IMG/VR virus record: IMGVR_UViG_2630968639_000002 | Location: 1 to 64,000 of that record | Strand: one strand, 5' to 3' | DNA length: 64,000 nucleotides | Origin: an uncultured virus (IMG/VR IMGVR_UViG_2630968639_000002) | Taxonomy: Duplodnaviria; Heunggongvirae; Uroviricota; Caudoviricetes | Part shown: positions 52,201 through 61,153 of the stretch, piece after piece | Layout: every line of letters starts with the position of its first letter | How positions within the stretch are numbered: position 1 is the stretch's first letter | Program-made: the position numbers and the translations under genes | Notes under the pieces: model-generated | The model's input: only the letters and a program-made list of their open reading frames with translations | Told to the model about the DNA's origin: nothing | Database searches by the model: none

Positions 52201-52738
52201 AAACCACGCTATAGAAGTTGTCTTTCCCGCCCGCTGTAATCAGTGAGCTTATGATTTTTGCAAAATCGTTGCGTTGGAACACGCTACCGATGTCGGAAGT
52301 GAGCAGGATGATGTTGCCTTTGGCATATGTAGAAACCAACTGTTCGAGCGAGAGACGCGGTACAAAGTAGAACTGTTCTCGTGTGTTGGCCACCGTCATT
52401 AGTTCGCAGATGTCGCGATATCCTTGCTCATTTTTAATTAGAGCGGTAAACGAGTAGTTACGTCCCCGCTCTAATGATTCCATACATCTCATAGATTCTT
52501 TAGCAAGTTTAGCCCGGTGCTCGTATGTGGGATCATCAACGATATTTAGTTTCACACCACAAATAACCGCCATGTCGTCACCAGCGGCACGTTGTAGTGG
52601 AATAACACTCGCAATATTCATGCTATCTGCTGAAATTACAGCGGTGTAGCCAGCTTCTCTGGCAATCTTCACCGCGTTTTCTGCTTTTAGAGCCGACTCC
52701 CCAAGTGAGAAGTCAGTTCGAACCATCAGTGCTTTCAT
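49232..52738 (-). CDS. dnaE: DNA polymerase III alpha (DnaE) with C-terminal UDG-like domain
   Basis: GPGRGSSAGS, FERFINPER...PDADLDF, RHAAG, KLDVLGL and YAFNKSH motifs. Confidence 0.95.
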   Translation of the reverse strand: MKALMVRTDFSLGESALKAENAVKIAREAGYTAVISADSMNIASVIPLQRAAGDDMAVICGVKLNIVDDPTYEHRAKLAKESMRCMESLERGRNYSFTALIKNEQGYRDICELMTVANTREQFYFVPRLSLEQLVSTYAKGNIILLTSDIGSVFQRNDFAKIISSLITAGGKDNFYSVVYPHPTPFYDQINVRAMKVASALKIEPVAFYPAYYESIDDADIKDIAHMVTNNIKIDQPHRLRIPHQRDNAVNGRRHLLEALKAFSVRMDVPVTAAMASTTQDSIIEACTWRWHELPPALPKMADDEPATLMKLAVAGLRKRLTTKEFGYTPPASENRVYVERLKYEMDTLTRLGFCGYFLMVRDLMNHSRETGIPVGPGRGSSAGSLVAWCIGITNVDPIRHGLLFERFINPERLDLPDADLDFSQARRHEVIEYLNERYGEDYVAGIPNFTYLGAASALRDTARIYGVESADMAVSKELKNVEDDSLPLEELREQLASLDKYATKYPDAFNAACKLQSLMRGFGRHAAGMIVAGVPLTERTPVERRGDARCIAFDKRYCEAMGLIKLDVLGLATLDLLDSAKRYIKENTGEDINLDAISLEDRKVLDGFAAGYTQGVFQLESGPMRKLLKDLGGGIEPMSFKTVVATTALFRPGPIQSGMLDDYVSVAKGFMAPHSIHPRLEEVTRETNGVLLYQEQIMQSSRVLAGFSMAEADALRSAIGKKNMDKMKAIGSDFVERAQAGWVTLSLKNGGTVEVHKHAKLDCSDGKRRSYSEAISDGIDYVEIVSEQEGLSKEKAQEIWDAFEKFGGYAFNKSHSVAYSLISYQSMWLKTHYPAEFFAAALTILGEDKHQGLVKDALTYGIRVLPPDVNVSSNRIEIRTLEDGSQALYAPFSAVKGCSENGCQAIMRAREKVGGKFESVAQFDEAVEKRACNSRVRESLHKVGAFASIEPGSLPATDPERLRDQAELMGNLIIDAVKASRPFEMNPKRSAEINVLMTRMAAEMGLGEELIRPTIGIKPKIMIILDNANGNDARTGYFMENGYDDFKAKLLTVGDLRMGDLYVTGVCKKVKDKEKDYTKDEIGQFTDFIREEINLVRPTYILTCGSRSTALFNNKSKPSDLIGRKEYFPELDATVFYGFNPNILYFRPEEGERLEAILADIAETINK

Positions 52739-52922
52739 GTGTTTTTACCTTTATGGTTTTTTTGATTTTGTCATTGGGGAAGCCTACGAACTTCCCATAC
52801 ATCGAAATCGCAACTTCTTTTGCTGATTGGTGACAATCGGGCTTGTCTGGACATACCAGACAAGCCTTACCAGTTTCAGAAGCAGCGATAAGAGAGCCGA
52901 AACATCCTTTACGCACGATCAA
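52713..52922 (-). CDS. small Cys-containing hypothetical protein
   Basis: Coupled to the cobS-like gene; CxxC motif. Confidence 0.5.
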   Translation of the reverse strand: MIVRKGCFGSLIAASETGKACLVCPDKPDCHQSAKEVAISMYGKFVGFPNDKIKKTIKVKTHESTDGSN

Positions 52923-54154
52923 CCAAATATTTTTTGAACAACTTCACGAGCCGCTTGTGCAGAAGCTGAAGGGAGTTTGTTAATGAAAGAACGCTCAATA
53001 CCTGTCACAAAGTCGCCTCGCATCATTCCAATCTTGGCCGACAACAAAAGTTCACGAGGGCCAATTGGCTGACTGATAAGGTGTTCTTCGTATCCATCGC
53101 GAACGATACCGGCAAACTTAACCATCTTTTCTGCGTATTCATCCACGATACCGGCATTTATCAACATGTTGATCTCTGCCTCTTTGCTCATGTATTTCAC
53201 ATTCGAAACGATGCCAAAACGCGAAAAGTTCGCGGCGTTCTGGATGTTTGTACCCTGGTACAAGCCGGTTTCATCACCAGATCCGTTCGTGTTGCCAGTG
53301 CCAATGAAAGCAAACCGTTCATGCGGAGTAATGCGACGCCATTCTGGAGTCGCCTCTTTGATGACCAACGCTTCACCTTCCAGCACTGGCTGATACACGC
53401 CAAGAATCTGTGGAAACGCAAAGTCGTATTCATCCGCGAGGTAAACCCAGCCATGCTTCATTGCGAGCGCAAGCAAGCCAGGCTCGAAATACGTAGAGCC
53501 ATCACGCGCCAGAATTTGCCCCGTAACATGTGCCTCTTCCATTGATGCTGTATGTTGGGCACGGATCAACGGACGATTGAGCAAAGCACATAGTTGTGTA
53601 GGCAATGACGATTTGCCTGTTCCTGCATGACCCCACAAATAGCCAGGTATGCCAAGTTCAAGCATCATGAAAATGTCTTTGATCAGTTCGAAGTCGCCAT
53701 ATACGTAGCCCTTCTTCACTTCTGGAACGAACTCTGGAAACGGCGTATTGACGTTGACGCTAACCATGAGCGGCGTCCCACGTTTTGTTCCGAGTTCTTT
53801 CACCGTTACATTTAGCAGTTCGTGAGCTGCGACCAGATCTGTCTTGTACTCAACTGTGCCTGTGTAGCCTGGGCTACTGGTCACGCCAGATGATTTGGCC
53901 ATTTCGCTTTTTTGCTCGGCACGTTTAGCTTGAATTGCATCAAGTGCCTTTTTCGATAGCGTTGGTTCATCTGGAAACTGTGTTGTGTACATTTTCAGTA
54001 CGGTGTCAGGATCGGCATCTTTTACTGACTCAGGAATGCCCTCGCAATTACCATTGGCAACATGGGACTTAAAATAGTGAAATGATTTTCCGCACCACTT
54101 GCAAACAAGGTAATCAGAAGGATTTTTTTCATTTTGCAGTGCAGTAGTAGTCAT
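52919..54154 (-). CDS. CobS/MoxR-like AAA+ ATPase
   Basis: GHAGTGKS, LADEYD, TGNT.G and SRF motifs. Confidence 0.9.
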   Translation of the reverse strand: MTTTALQNEKNPSDYLVCKWCGKSFHYFKSHVANGNCEGIPESVKDADPDTVLKMYTTQFPDEPTLSKKALDAIQAKRAEQKSEMAKSSGVTSSPGYTGTVEYKTDLVAAHELLNVTVKELGTKRGTPLMVSVNVNTPFPEFVPEVKKGYVYGDFELIKDIFMMLELGIPGYLWGHAGTGKSSLPTQLCALLNRPLIRAQHTASMEEAHVTGQILARDGSTYFEPGLLALAMKHGWVYLADEYDFAFPQILGVYQPVLEGEALVIKEATPEWRRITPHERFAFIGTGNTNGSGDETGLYQGTNIQNAANFSRFGIVSNVKYMSKEAEINMLINAGIVDEYAEKMVKFAGIVRDGYEEHLISQPIGPRELLLSAKIGMMRGDFVTGIERSFINKLPSASAQAAREVVQKIFG

Positions 54155-54249
54155 GCGTTTTTCCTTTGTTTTCTAATGAGCGTTCAACTTCTTATATAAA
54201 TATATCATTATCTATCGTAAGTGGTTACTTATCGTTAAGGCTGTTTTGT

Positions 54250-56358
54250 TCACTTTAAAATGATACGAGATAGTTCAGTAACTACAGATGAACCAAGACT
54301 ATCAACGCTCGTTACCAGGGCATGATTTGAGTAAAATCTCTCCGGTGCGTCAGTCATGATGCCAATTGCCATCAAATCAATGTCAGTCTGCGTTTCAATT
54401 TGCTTCGCAACCGAACGCAAATGAGCGTCAAAACCTCTCCCAACAGCCCACGGCTCGCCATCACTCAGAACAAGCATGATCTTCCTGTCCTCCATGCGAC
54501 CGGAAAATAACGATGCAAGGCTGGCTATGCTTTCACCATCCACGTTATTAAGAAGTGGGAATGTGTAGCCTACGCACCCCATACGTGAGCGAACTTCGCG
54601 AGAATTTACCTTTTCATTCCAATTTTTGATGATAGGTAGCATTAAAGATTCAAAGCGAGAGAACTCATACTTGACAGCCTTAAGTTCTCCTGCCGCCATA
54701 TGACTACCAAATGTAGTGAAGCCGGTGATAATGTTGGGAACATTTATTCGATCAAGGGCATCGGCGATGGTATATGCACTTGCAAGAGCTAGTTTTATCG
54801 TTTCGCCACTCATTGAACCTGATAAATCAATCACTTGCTGAACACAGGCGTTAACGGCTTTAGATTCTTCTTTTTTACGAAACACGCGATCATCATTCAT
54901 TGCTAATCTGTAGATACTAGAACCATGAATGCGCCCCCGACGCTGGCCCGGTATAAACTGAACTCTGTTTCTGCTTGCTATTGCTCGCTCCAGGTCTTTT
55001 GCCAGCGTCGACGAAACACCTGACGAAAGATGCTTTTCAATATATTTGTCGAAGAGCTGGTTGCCTTCAGGAACGATGCGATAGCGGCTGATTGGACATC
55101 CTCCTAAATCAATATCGGAGAATGTTTTAATAAGCCGTTTGATATGGGCTTCTGCCTGATCAATCGAGCCGATGAAGTCGTATGAGCGATTGTATGGCCT
55201 GTATTCGCTTTTCGAGCTTTCTGTTAACTCGCTTTTAATCGTTTCGGATAGAGCATCTTCTGTCATGCCTCCGACTTCATCTTCTATGCTATCCAGCTCC
55301 TCTAAAGCCTCTTCCAGACTCATTTTTGACGGAGTTGGGATATCTGAAGAGCCGTCTTCTGTCGTTTTTCTTTTTTCGTGGTCAGCGGTAAATGATTCTG
55401 ACACCGCGTTATCAGAAGCATCAGAATCTGATACCTCTTTATCATTTTCTGTATCATCGAATATTGTTTCTGATGATTCAGAATTATCTGAATCATCATC
55501 GTCGTTATTATCATGTTTGTGCTTACTGTGTGATTCTGATTTGATAGATTTGTGATTATCTAACGCTGAGGGTGTCTCATGATCTTCGTTGTCTTCATTG
55601 TTTTCTCCAGAGGCATCCGTCTGGTCAGCGTCTGAAGGATCGGAAGTTTTTCCCGTAGCTGACTCCTTACCTTTGCTTTCACTTTCAGTGTCTTTGAGGA
55701 TCTTAGCTATGGTCGCAGCCACCTTTACACAATCCTCGGTGCAAGACATGTTACGCACGGCCACATCGATACCATGTTCTTTTAATAATGAAATTGGTTT
55801 CTCAATGACAGGCCAATATTCATCCATGAAATCTACGAACGGTGCTTGGCCATCCCAGGCTCTTACAACCGGACAGAGAAAGAAGTTTAGAAAAAGCGCG
55901 CGCTGATCTTTGCCACAATAAGCAATAGCCTCTGAAGCCTTTGGTTTAAAGACTTTTTCGATTATAAGGCGCTGAGTTGCCATCAGATTACGTCTTGTTC
56001 CGTTAAAGACCTGACCCATTTTTCGCTCGATGAACACGTCTTCTAAGGCATTCCATAGCGACCAGGAAGGAACGCGTCCTTTTTCTCTCATTTTGTTGGA
56101 CACACGAATATCGGTAAACAAAATGTGAGCAACCTCATGATCGAGAAATCCGCGCACAGCATTCATCAATGCCGGTGTTGCGTTATCCGGGATTGATGGG
56201 ATGTTTACGAGAATTGGCTCTCCATCATCGTTATAGCGTACATAAGCGTCGTCCCCTCGTTCTGCAACAGGGATGTTTTTACCTGAAAGGAGAGCGACTA
56301 CTCGTTTTACACTGTCACGGAAGTCCTGAACCTCTTTGATGGAACGTTTTTTAGACAT
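54250..56358 (-). CDS. CobT-like protein (HExxH N-terminus, acidic linker, VWA domain)
   Basis: HEVAH..NALED, DLSGSM MIDAS and LSDGEP motifs. Confidence 0.88.
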   Translation of the reverse strand: MSKKRSIKEVQDFRDSVKRVVALLSGKNIPVAERGDDAYVRYNDDGEPILVNIPSIPDNATPALMNAVRGFLDHEVAHILFTDIRVSNKMREKGRVPSWSLWNALEDVFIERKMGQVFNGTRRNLMATQRLIIEKVFKPKASEAIAYCGKDQRALFLNFFLCPVVRAWDGQAPFVDFMDEYWPVIEKPISLLKEHGIDVAVRNMSCTEDCVKVAATIAKILKDTESESKGKESATGKTSDPSDADQTDASGENNEDNEDHETPSALDNHKSIKSESHSKHKHDNNDDDDSDNSESSETIFDDTENDKEVSDSDASDNAVSESFTADHEKRKTTEDGSSDIPTPSKMSLEEALEELDSIEDEVGGMTEDALSETIKSELTESSKSEYRPYNRSYDFIGSIDQAEAHIKRLIKTFSDIDLGGCPISRYRIVPEGNQLFDKYIEKHLSSGVSSTLAKDLERAIASRNRVQFIPGQRRGRIHGSSIYRLAMNDDRVFRKKEESKAVNACVQQVIDLSGSMSGETIKLALASAYTIADALDRINVPNIITGFTTFGSHMAAGELKAVKYEFSRFESLMLPIIKNWNEKVNSREVRSRMGCVGYTFPLLNNVDGESIASLASLFSGRMEDRKIMLVLSDGEPWAVGRGFDAHLRSVAKQIETQTDIDLMAIGIMTDAPERFYSNHALVTSVDSLGSSVVTELSRIILK

Positions 56359-56456
56359 GGCTAATCCTTTGTTATGAAAACAAATTATTTACTAGTGTGT
56401 TTAATGTAGCACTGCGCGAACAGGGAACTAAGCCATTCGCGCAGGGAGAAGAGGGG

Positions 56457-56669
56457 TTAACAGATTCTGACGGCTAAAGACCCGGAGCCGGTATTGAGAA
56501 GCGTGAAGCGTTTGTTGTTAAGTTCGAATATAAATCCAGTTGTGTCATTCACACCAACCTGAATCTGCTCATTCGGTAGATCGGTGAGGATGTCAGCTAC
56601 ACACTCATCAACTAATTTCTGTACGTGTCCGATCTCAAGAGCGATTAGGCTGGAAATAGTGGTGTTCAT
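56457..56669 (-). CDS. hypothetical protein
   Basis: First gene divergent from the XRE regulator. Confidence 0.6.
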   Translation of the reverse strand: MNTTISSLIALEIGHVQKLVDECVADILTDLPNEQIQVGVNDTTGFIFELNNKRFTLLNTGSGSLAVRIC

Positions 56670-56920
56670 TCAATCAATCCATTCTAACTTATACTATGGT
56701 AAGGAATACTACTAAAATTTGTATCAATACTGAATACATTCATATCATATGCAAGTTGATTTTCTTACCTATTTTTGGCTAATTTTTCTCCGTGCAATGG
56801 CCTTTAACCGGTCTTTTAAGTGCCTATCGAAAAAAATGATAATAGCTTTACAACCCTAACCTTTGATGTAATATCGGTAAGCACTTACCAGAGAGAATTG
56901 AACGCGCAAAGGTTGTAACC

Positions 56921-57307
56921 ATGTCTGATAACAAGATTGAATTTATAGAAAGTCGCTACGCTGCTTTTATCGCAGGGTTGATTGAATCCTCACCTATGAG
57001 CCAGGCCCAGATAGCCAAAACAATTGGGTATAAAAACGCCAACAACCTTTCTTTAATTAAAAGCGGCAAAATTCCTTTGCCTATCGATAAGGTTCGTCCG
57101 CTGGCGCTGGCACTGGGTATTGAGCCAAGTCGTCTTATGATGATGGTGCTGGAAGAACGCCAACCCGAACTCGCAGCATTTTTATACAAAGAAGGCACTG
57201 CTCCTCTTAACGAGGACGAAAAACAGGTTCTTGCTGCATATAACGAGCGATTCGGTAAAGAGAAAGGCGCATCACAAAAGGTTGTTGAGGCCATAAAGTC
57301 TCTATGA
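56921..57307 (+). CDS. XRE-family HTH regulator (candidate prophage repressor)
   Basis: SQAQIAKTIGY....LSLIKSG...P...LA.ALG; no S24 peptidase domain. Confidence 0.85.
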   Translation: MSDNKIEFIESRYAAFIAGLIESSPMSQAQIAKTIGYKNANNLSLIKSGKIPLPIDKVRPLALALGIEPSRLMMMVLEERQPELAAFLYKEGTAPLNEDEKQVLAAYNERFGKEKGASQKVVEAIKSL

Positions 57308-58405
57308 AAAATTTACACGAATAAGCTCTGTTGATAGACGATCTCCCTTAAATTTGTGGTCAATTTCGTCTAAATCCGGTTGCTCTACGATTGATGCGAT
57401 GTACGTCGAGAAACTTTCTAAGGCGTCTCGCATCTCGTCCATATAATCGTGCCGGTCGTAGACCCGATCTATCCCCTCAAGACTGTGGTTCATGATTTTA
57501 CGTGATACCTCCTGGCTTATGCCTAATGCTGGGAAGTAACTACGCGCAGTACGGCGCAAATCTCGGGGTGTAAATGGCTCAAGCTCCATCAGTTCTGGTC
57601 GTTCCAGAATACGACGTAATGCCTGGGCTATTGCCACTTTAGACATAGGAAGGTCTTTCCCGATTTTTTTATTCGAAGGCACGAGCCACTGGCTGTCTTT
57701 ACCATATTCGAACAACTCTTCAATACAAGTGCGCATTAATGAGCTTAAAGGCAGAGAATGCTCACGGGCAGATTTGTTCCTCTTGCCTTGATTCCAAACC
57801 CCACGCTTAAGATTGAACTCACTTTTTTTAGCCCGCAGTACTTCGTCAGGTCGTCTTGCGGATACAAGACATAGCCTGGCCGCCCATTTTGTACCAGCAC
57901 ACACATTGAAGTAGTCCCATATATTCCAGAACACCCATACCTCTGCGTCGGTCAGCTTCCGCTCGCGAGGTGTGGGCTTTGCGCCACCGGCAACTTTGTT
58001 AAGTGACATATCGTTTAACGGTGACACGTCTATCATCCCCTGGAAGGCGCACCAGCTAAGGAACTGCTTCATCAGAGAGAAAACGCGGCGGCCCATAACA
58101 ATTTTGCCATCCAGTATTAGTGGGTTGACCAGTTGGTTCACCATGAACCTATTAATGTCACTTACTTTTACATCGGCAATGTGCGGCAAAACATGTATCA
58201 AAATACAATGAACAGCGATCTCTGGCCGACGTCTGGTTATCAGCAGAGATAAGCGAGTGAATAACATGAATGCGTCCGAGAATCTCATGTCATTGCTGAC
58301 CTGGGAGATCATAACGGCCTGCATTTGAGATGCTCTTTCGAGATACTCTATCGCCTCTTTTGAGGTGTTCTCCGCAGCGCGTGCTCTGTCAAAGCTATTT
58401 TTCAT
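57302..58405 (-). CDS. tyrosine recombinase/integrase
   Basis: R(RPDE), RDLRRT, MNH and VYDRHDY catalytic motifs. Confidence 0.92.
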   Translation of the reverse strand: MKNSFDRARAAENTSKEAIEYLERASQMQAVMISQVSNDMRFSDAFMLFTRLSLLITRRRPEIAVHCILIHVLPHIADVKVSDINRFMVNQLVNPLILDGKIVMGRRVFSLMKQFLSWCAFQGMIDVSPLNDMSLNKVAGGAKPTPRERKLTDAEVWVFWNIWDYFNVCAGTKWAARLCLVSARRPDEVLRAKKSEFNLKRGVWNQGKRNKSAREHSLPLSSLMRTCIEELFEYGKDSQWLVPSNKKIGKDLPMSKVAIAQALRRILERPELMELEPFTPRDLRRTARSYFPALGISQEVSRKIMNHSLEGIDRVYDRHDYMDEMRDALESFSTYIASIVEQPDLDEIDHKFKGDRLSTELIRVNFS

Positions 58406-58431
58406 ATGACAATCACCGAGTTACGCCGATG

Positions 58432-58451
58432 CACTGTATAAGTAAACAGTA
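58432..58451. promoter_or_regulatory. LexA (SOS) box upstream of the recombinase
   Basis: CACTGTATAAGTAAACAGTA = CTG-N10-CAG. Confidence 0.88.
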
Positions 58452-58503
58452 TATTAGGCATAGATTCTTATAGGATCAAGAGTAAAAGTAACTCATTTTC
58501 ACT

Positions 58504-58536
58504 AATGATTCCATACATAGTAGGTATGGAATCATT
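58504..58536. repeat. 13-7-13 perfect inverted repeat (candidate recombination core site)
   Basis: AATGATTCCATAC-ATAGTAG-GTATGGAATCATT. Confidence 0.75.
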
Positions 58537-58617
58537 TAGACGTCGTTTTTTAAATTTTAAGGTAAACAGGAGTGAGTTTGGTGGGGAATAAAAAACGGCT
58601 CCTGTGAGCCGTTAAAA

Positions 58618-58866
58618 TCAGAGGGTGCTGACGTATGCAGCCAGTTCTGTGTATCCGCCAATCGGCTGGCCATCGATCAGCACCTGGGGGATAGTCTCTA
58701 CCGGTTTATCAACAATTTCACTTAGTTTTTCCTTGTCGATACCGGCAGTGGTGATGTCGATGTACTCATAATCACCGTAGCCATGTCCCTTTAGTTGCTT
58801 CGCCAGCTCAACCGCACGTTTGCAGTATGAGCAGTTATCTCGTCCGTAGATAACGACTTTCATCAC
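58618..58866 (-). CDS. grxA: glutaredoxin (GrxA-like)
   Basis: CSYC, TIPQV and IGGY motifs. Confidence 0.9.
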   Translation of the reverse strand: MMKVVIYGRDNCSYCKRAVELAKQLKGHGYGDYEYIDITTAGIDKEKLSEIVDKPVETIPQVLIDGQPIGGYTELAAYVSTL

Positions 58867-58988
58867 TTCACCTCGTGCAACTGCTGTTCATTAACGATGA
58901 TTGTGTCAATTTCGTAGCCGTGGATGCGTGGCTTTGGCTTCACTGCCTGACGAGCTGCGCGACGCGCCTGTTTACGTTTGTTTCCCAT
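58863..58988 (-). CDS. small basic protein (MGNKRKQARR...)
   Basis: AAGGA RBS, ATGA overlap with grxA. Confidence 0.5.
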   Translation of the reverse strand: MGNKRKQARRAARQAVKPKPRIHGYEIDTIIVNEQQLHEVK

Positions 58989-59137
58989 ATAGAGTCCTTT
59001 CAAGTGAGTAAGTGTCGTGACTATAGCTAAAATGAATAGGTGAGTCATTACCTATTTAATGTGTTTGGTTACTAAGCAGAAATGGCTTTGTGAGGTTGAC
59101 ACATTAGAAACGGCAAGACAGCTTTAAACTAGCTGAA

Positions 59138-60427
59138 ATGGTATGGTCGATTAGGTATCATTCAGTTTCAAAATTAACCAAAGACACTGATAAAATGCCT
59201 GTTTTGTTAATCCTCATACTTGGGACAGTGATGATTATTTTCTGGGATACCGTCAAGGAAAACGTAGAGGTCATAGGTACACTTGCCACTTCACTTGCAT
59301 TTTTCGCCACAGCATGGGCCGCTTACGAGGCAAGGCATAGTGCAAAGGCAGCAATGAGGGCCACTAGGCTGACGGCAGCTTCACTCCTTGAAATGAAAAA
59401 AGCCTCTTTTAAGGAATGGTACGGCATATTACTTGAACAGCATAATAGATTACTTGAGGATGTTAACAAGACCTTGCAGGATGATAGGGAACTTAATGCA
59501 AAACTGGGAACGAATCTCATCAAGGCTATTTATTACCATGTAACCAAAAACTCCGTTTACATTAAATATATTAACCACATAGTTTTAATTCTTGATTATT
59601 TAGATAAAGACTTCTATTCGCCGTCATCAGCCGATTATGAAAAGAGAGCTTACATAGAACAGCTGCGCAACAGCATTAGTCCTAATGTAAGCCTGCTGAT
59701 AGCTACATTCGGCCTTAATATTGACACTAATAAAACCTATGACGCAAAGAGGCTTTACAGCCTGCTAAGCAAGTATAACTTCTTCGAAGGCCAACTTTTT
59801 TTTGAAGAAGCAATATCGAAAGTTCATTATTTGGACTCTTATGCTGCTGTGATATTTGATAACGAATACCGAAAAGATGTAGAGTTTTATGTTGAAGAAA
59901 TGGTTCGAGGTCGTGAGACCCCTAAAATCGATTCAAGATATCGTCATTTAAGGGCTACGTTCGCAATTCTGTGGTCTTACAACAACCCCTGCCGACAACA
60001 TTTGCTTCAAAGATTTAATGACCTACCTATGCATATGCGAAACAGCATTGAGCTGAGGATGGAAAATGCAGCCGATAAAGTAGCTGAGTTCAACTCTTTG
60101 TTACTTGGTTTTATAGGCTGGGAGCTTAGAATCGCAGGTAATAAAGTGAGGGTGATCAAGGATGAAAAACATTTAAAGAGGCTAATAAAACTCAACGATA
60201 AGTATCCTATTCCCCCCCGAGAGAAAGGTATTCTGTTAACCAATGGTTTCACCAATAGATTCGCTGATGAGATTAAAAATAGTCTGTCTATGTATAAGTT
60301 AGAAAATGCCTATTTAGCACTCAACTCTAATCAACACAAAGAAAAGGTGATTGATGAAATTGTTGTTGAAGTTGAGAAAATTGTCGATAAATTTAAAGCA
60401 GAACTTGATTCTTTGGATTTCAACTAA
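59138..60427 (+). CDS. putative abortive-infection (AbiC-like) membrane protein; start uncertain
   Basis: N-terminal TM helix, F......L..H.. and Y......IL..LD....KR.Y...LR..IS pattern; AT-rich; opposite strand; own terminator at 60430-60451. Confidence 0.6.
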   Translation: MVWSIRYHSVSKLTKDTDKMPVLLILILGTVMIIFWDTVKENVEVIGTLATSLAFFATAWAAYEARHSAKAAMRATRLTAASLLEMKKASFKEWYGILLEQHNRLLEDVNKTLQDDRELNAKLGTNLIKAIYYHVTKNSVYIKYINHIVLILDYLDKDFYSPSSADYEKRAYIEQLRNSISPNVSLLIATFGLNIDTNKTYDAKRLYSLLSKYNFFEGQLFFEEAISKVHYLDSYAAVIFDNEYRKDVEFYVEEMVRGRETPKIDSRYRHLRATFAILWSYNNPCRQHLLQRFNDLPMHMRNSIELRMENAADKVAEFNSLLLGFIGWELRIAGNKVRVIKDEKHLKRLIKLNDKYPIPPREKGILLTNGFTNRFADEIKNSLSMYKLENAYLALNSNQHKEKVIDEIVVEVEKIVDKFKAELDSLDFN

Positions 60428-60606
60428 GCAAAAAGGGGCCGAAGCCCCTTTAATTATTTGCGCTGAAAAAAGTGTTGCTAGGATGTTAGCAAGCTATGGT
60501 TAAGAACGTCTGCCGCAATTGTCTATCACAGCGTTGAGCGGTCTGGTTTATGTTAGCGGAGTCTTAATCTGGGTGATTAAAAGGCCAAACCGCTCAACGC
60601 TGTGTC

Positions 60607-60693
60607 TGGCGGAGAGTAATGGAATCGAACCATCATCGCTTGCGCAATGGGACGGTTTTCAAGACCGCTTGAGCACCATGCTCCCTACTCTCC
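60607..60693 (-). tRNA. tRNA-Ser (UGA)
   Basis: Cloverleaf, long variable arm, CT-TGA-AA loop, GTTCGA, CCA. Confidence 0.9.
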
Positions 60694-60906
60694 AGTTGTT
60701 GTGGTGCCGGGGGCTTCCCGGTGTCCTTTGGCTGGTTATCCACCGTGGACGGAGCCAATAGTCATCACAAAGGATCAATATAACCATTTCCCCGCGTGCG
60801 CTTAGCCGCATTCACCACAACGAAAAGAGCACTGTATGACGTTTGCACGGACTTACGCTTAAAACAGGGCAGTCTCGGCGGTTCTCAATGCTCTTTCCTG
60901 TTGTGT

Positions 60907-60982
60907 TGGTGCCGGTTAACGGATTCGAACCGCCGACCATTCGCTTACAAGGCGACTGCTCTACCAACTGAGCTAAACCGGC
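60907..60982 (-). tRNA. tRNA-Thr (UGU)
   Basis: Cloverleaf, CT-TGT-AA loop, CCA. Confidence 0.93.
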
Positions 60983-60986
60983 AATT

Positions 60987-61073
60987 TGGTGGGGAGTGAT
61001 GGAGTCGAACCACCCGAGTCGCAATGACAGTAGATTTACAGTCTACACCGCTACCTCTACGGACTAACTCCCC
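60987..61073 (-). tRNA. tRNA-Tyr (GUA)
   Basis: Cloverleaf, CT-GTA-AA loop, long variable arm, CCA. Confidence 0.9.
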
Positions 61074-61078
61074 TAAAT

Positions 61079-61153
61079 TGGCGATGGTGGGTGGATTCGA
61101 ACCACCGACCAGTTGGTTAACAGCCAACTGCTCTACCGCTGAGCTACACCATC
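61079..61153 (-). tRNA. tRNA-Asn (GUU)
   Basis: Cloverleaf, CT-GTT-AA loop, CCA. Confidence 0.93.

Noticed and set aside
52919..56358. Cobalamin biosynthesis cluster
   Set aside because: Only the AAA+/VWA pair is present, with no cobN or other cob genes; this pair is common in phages
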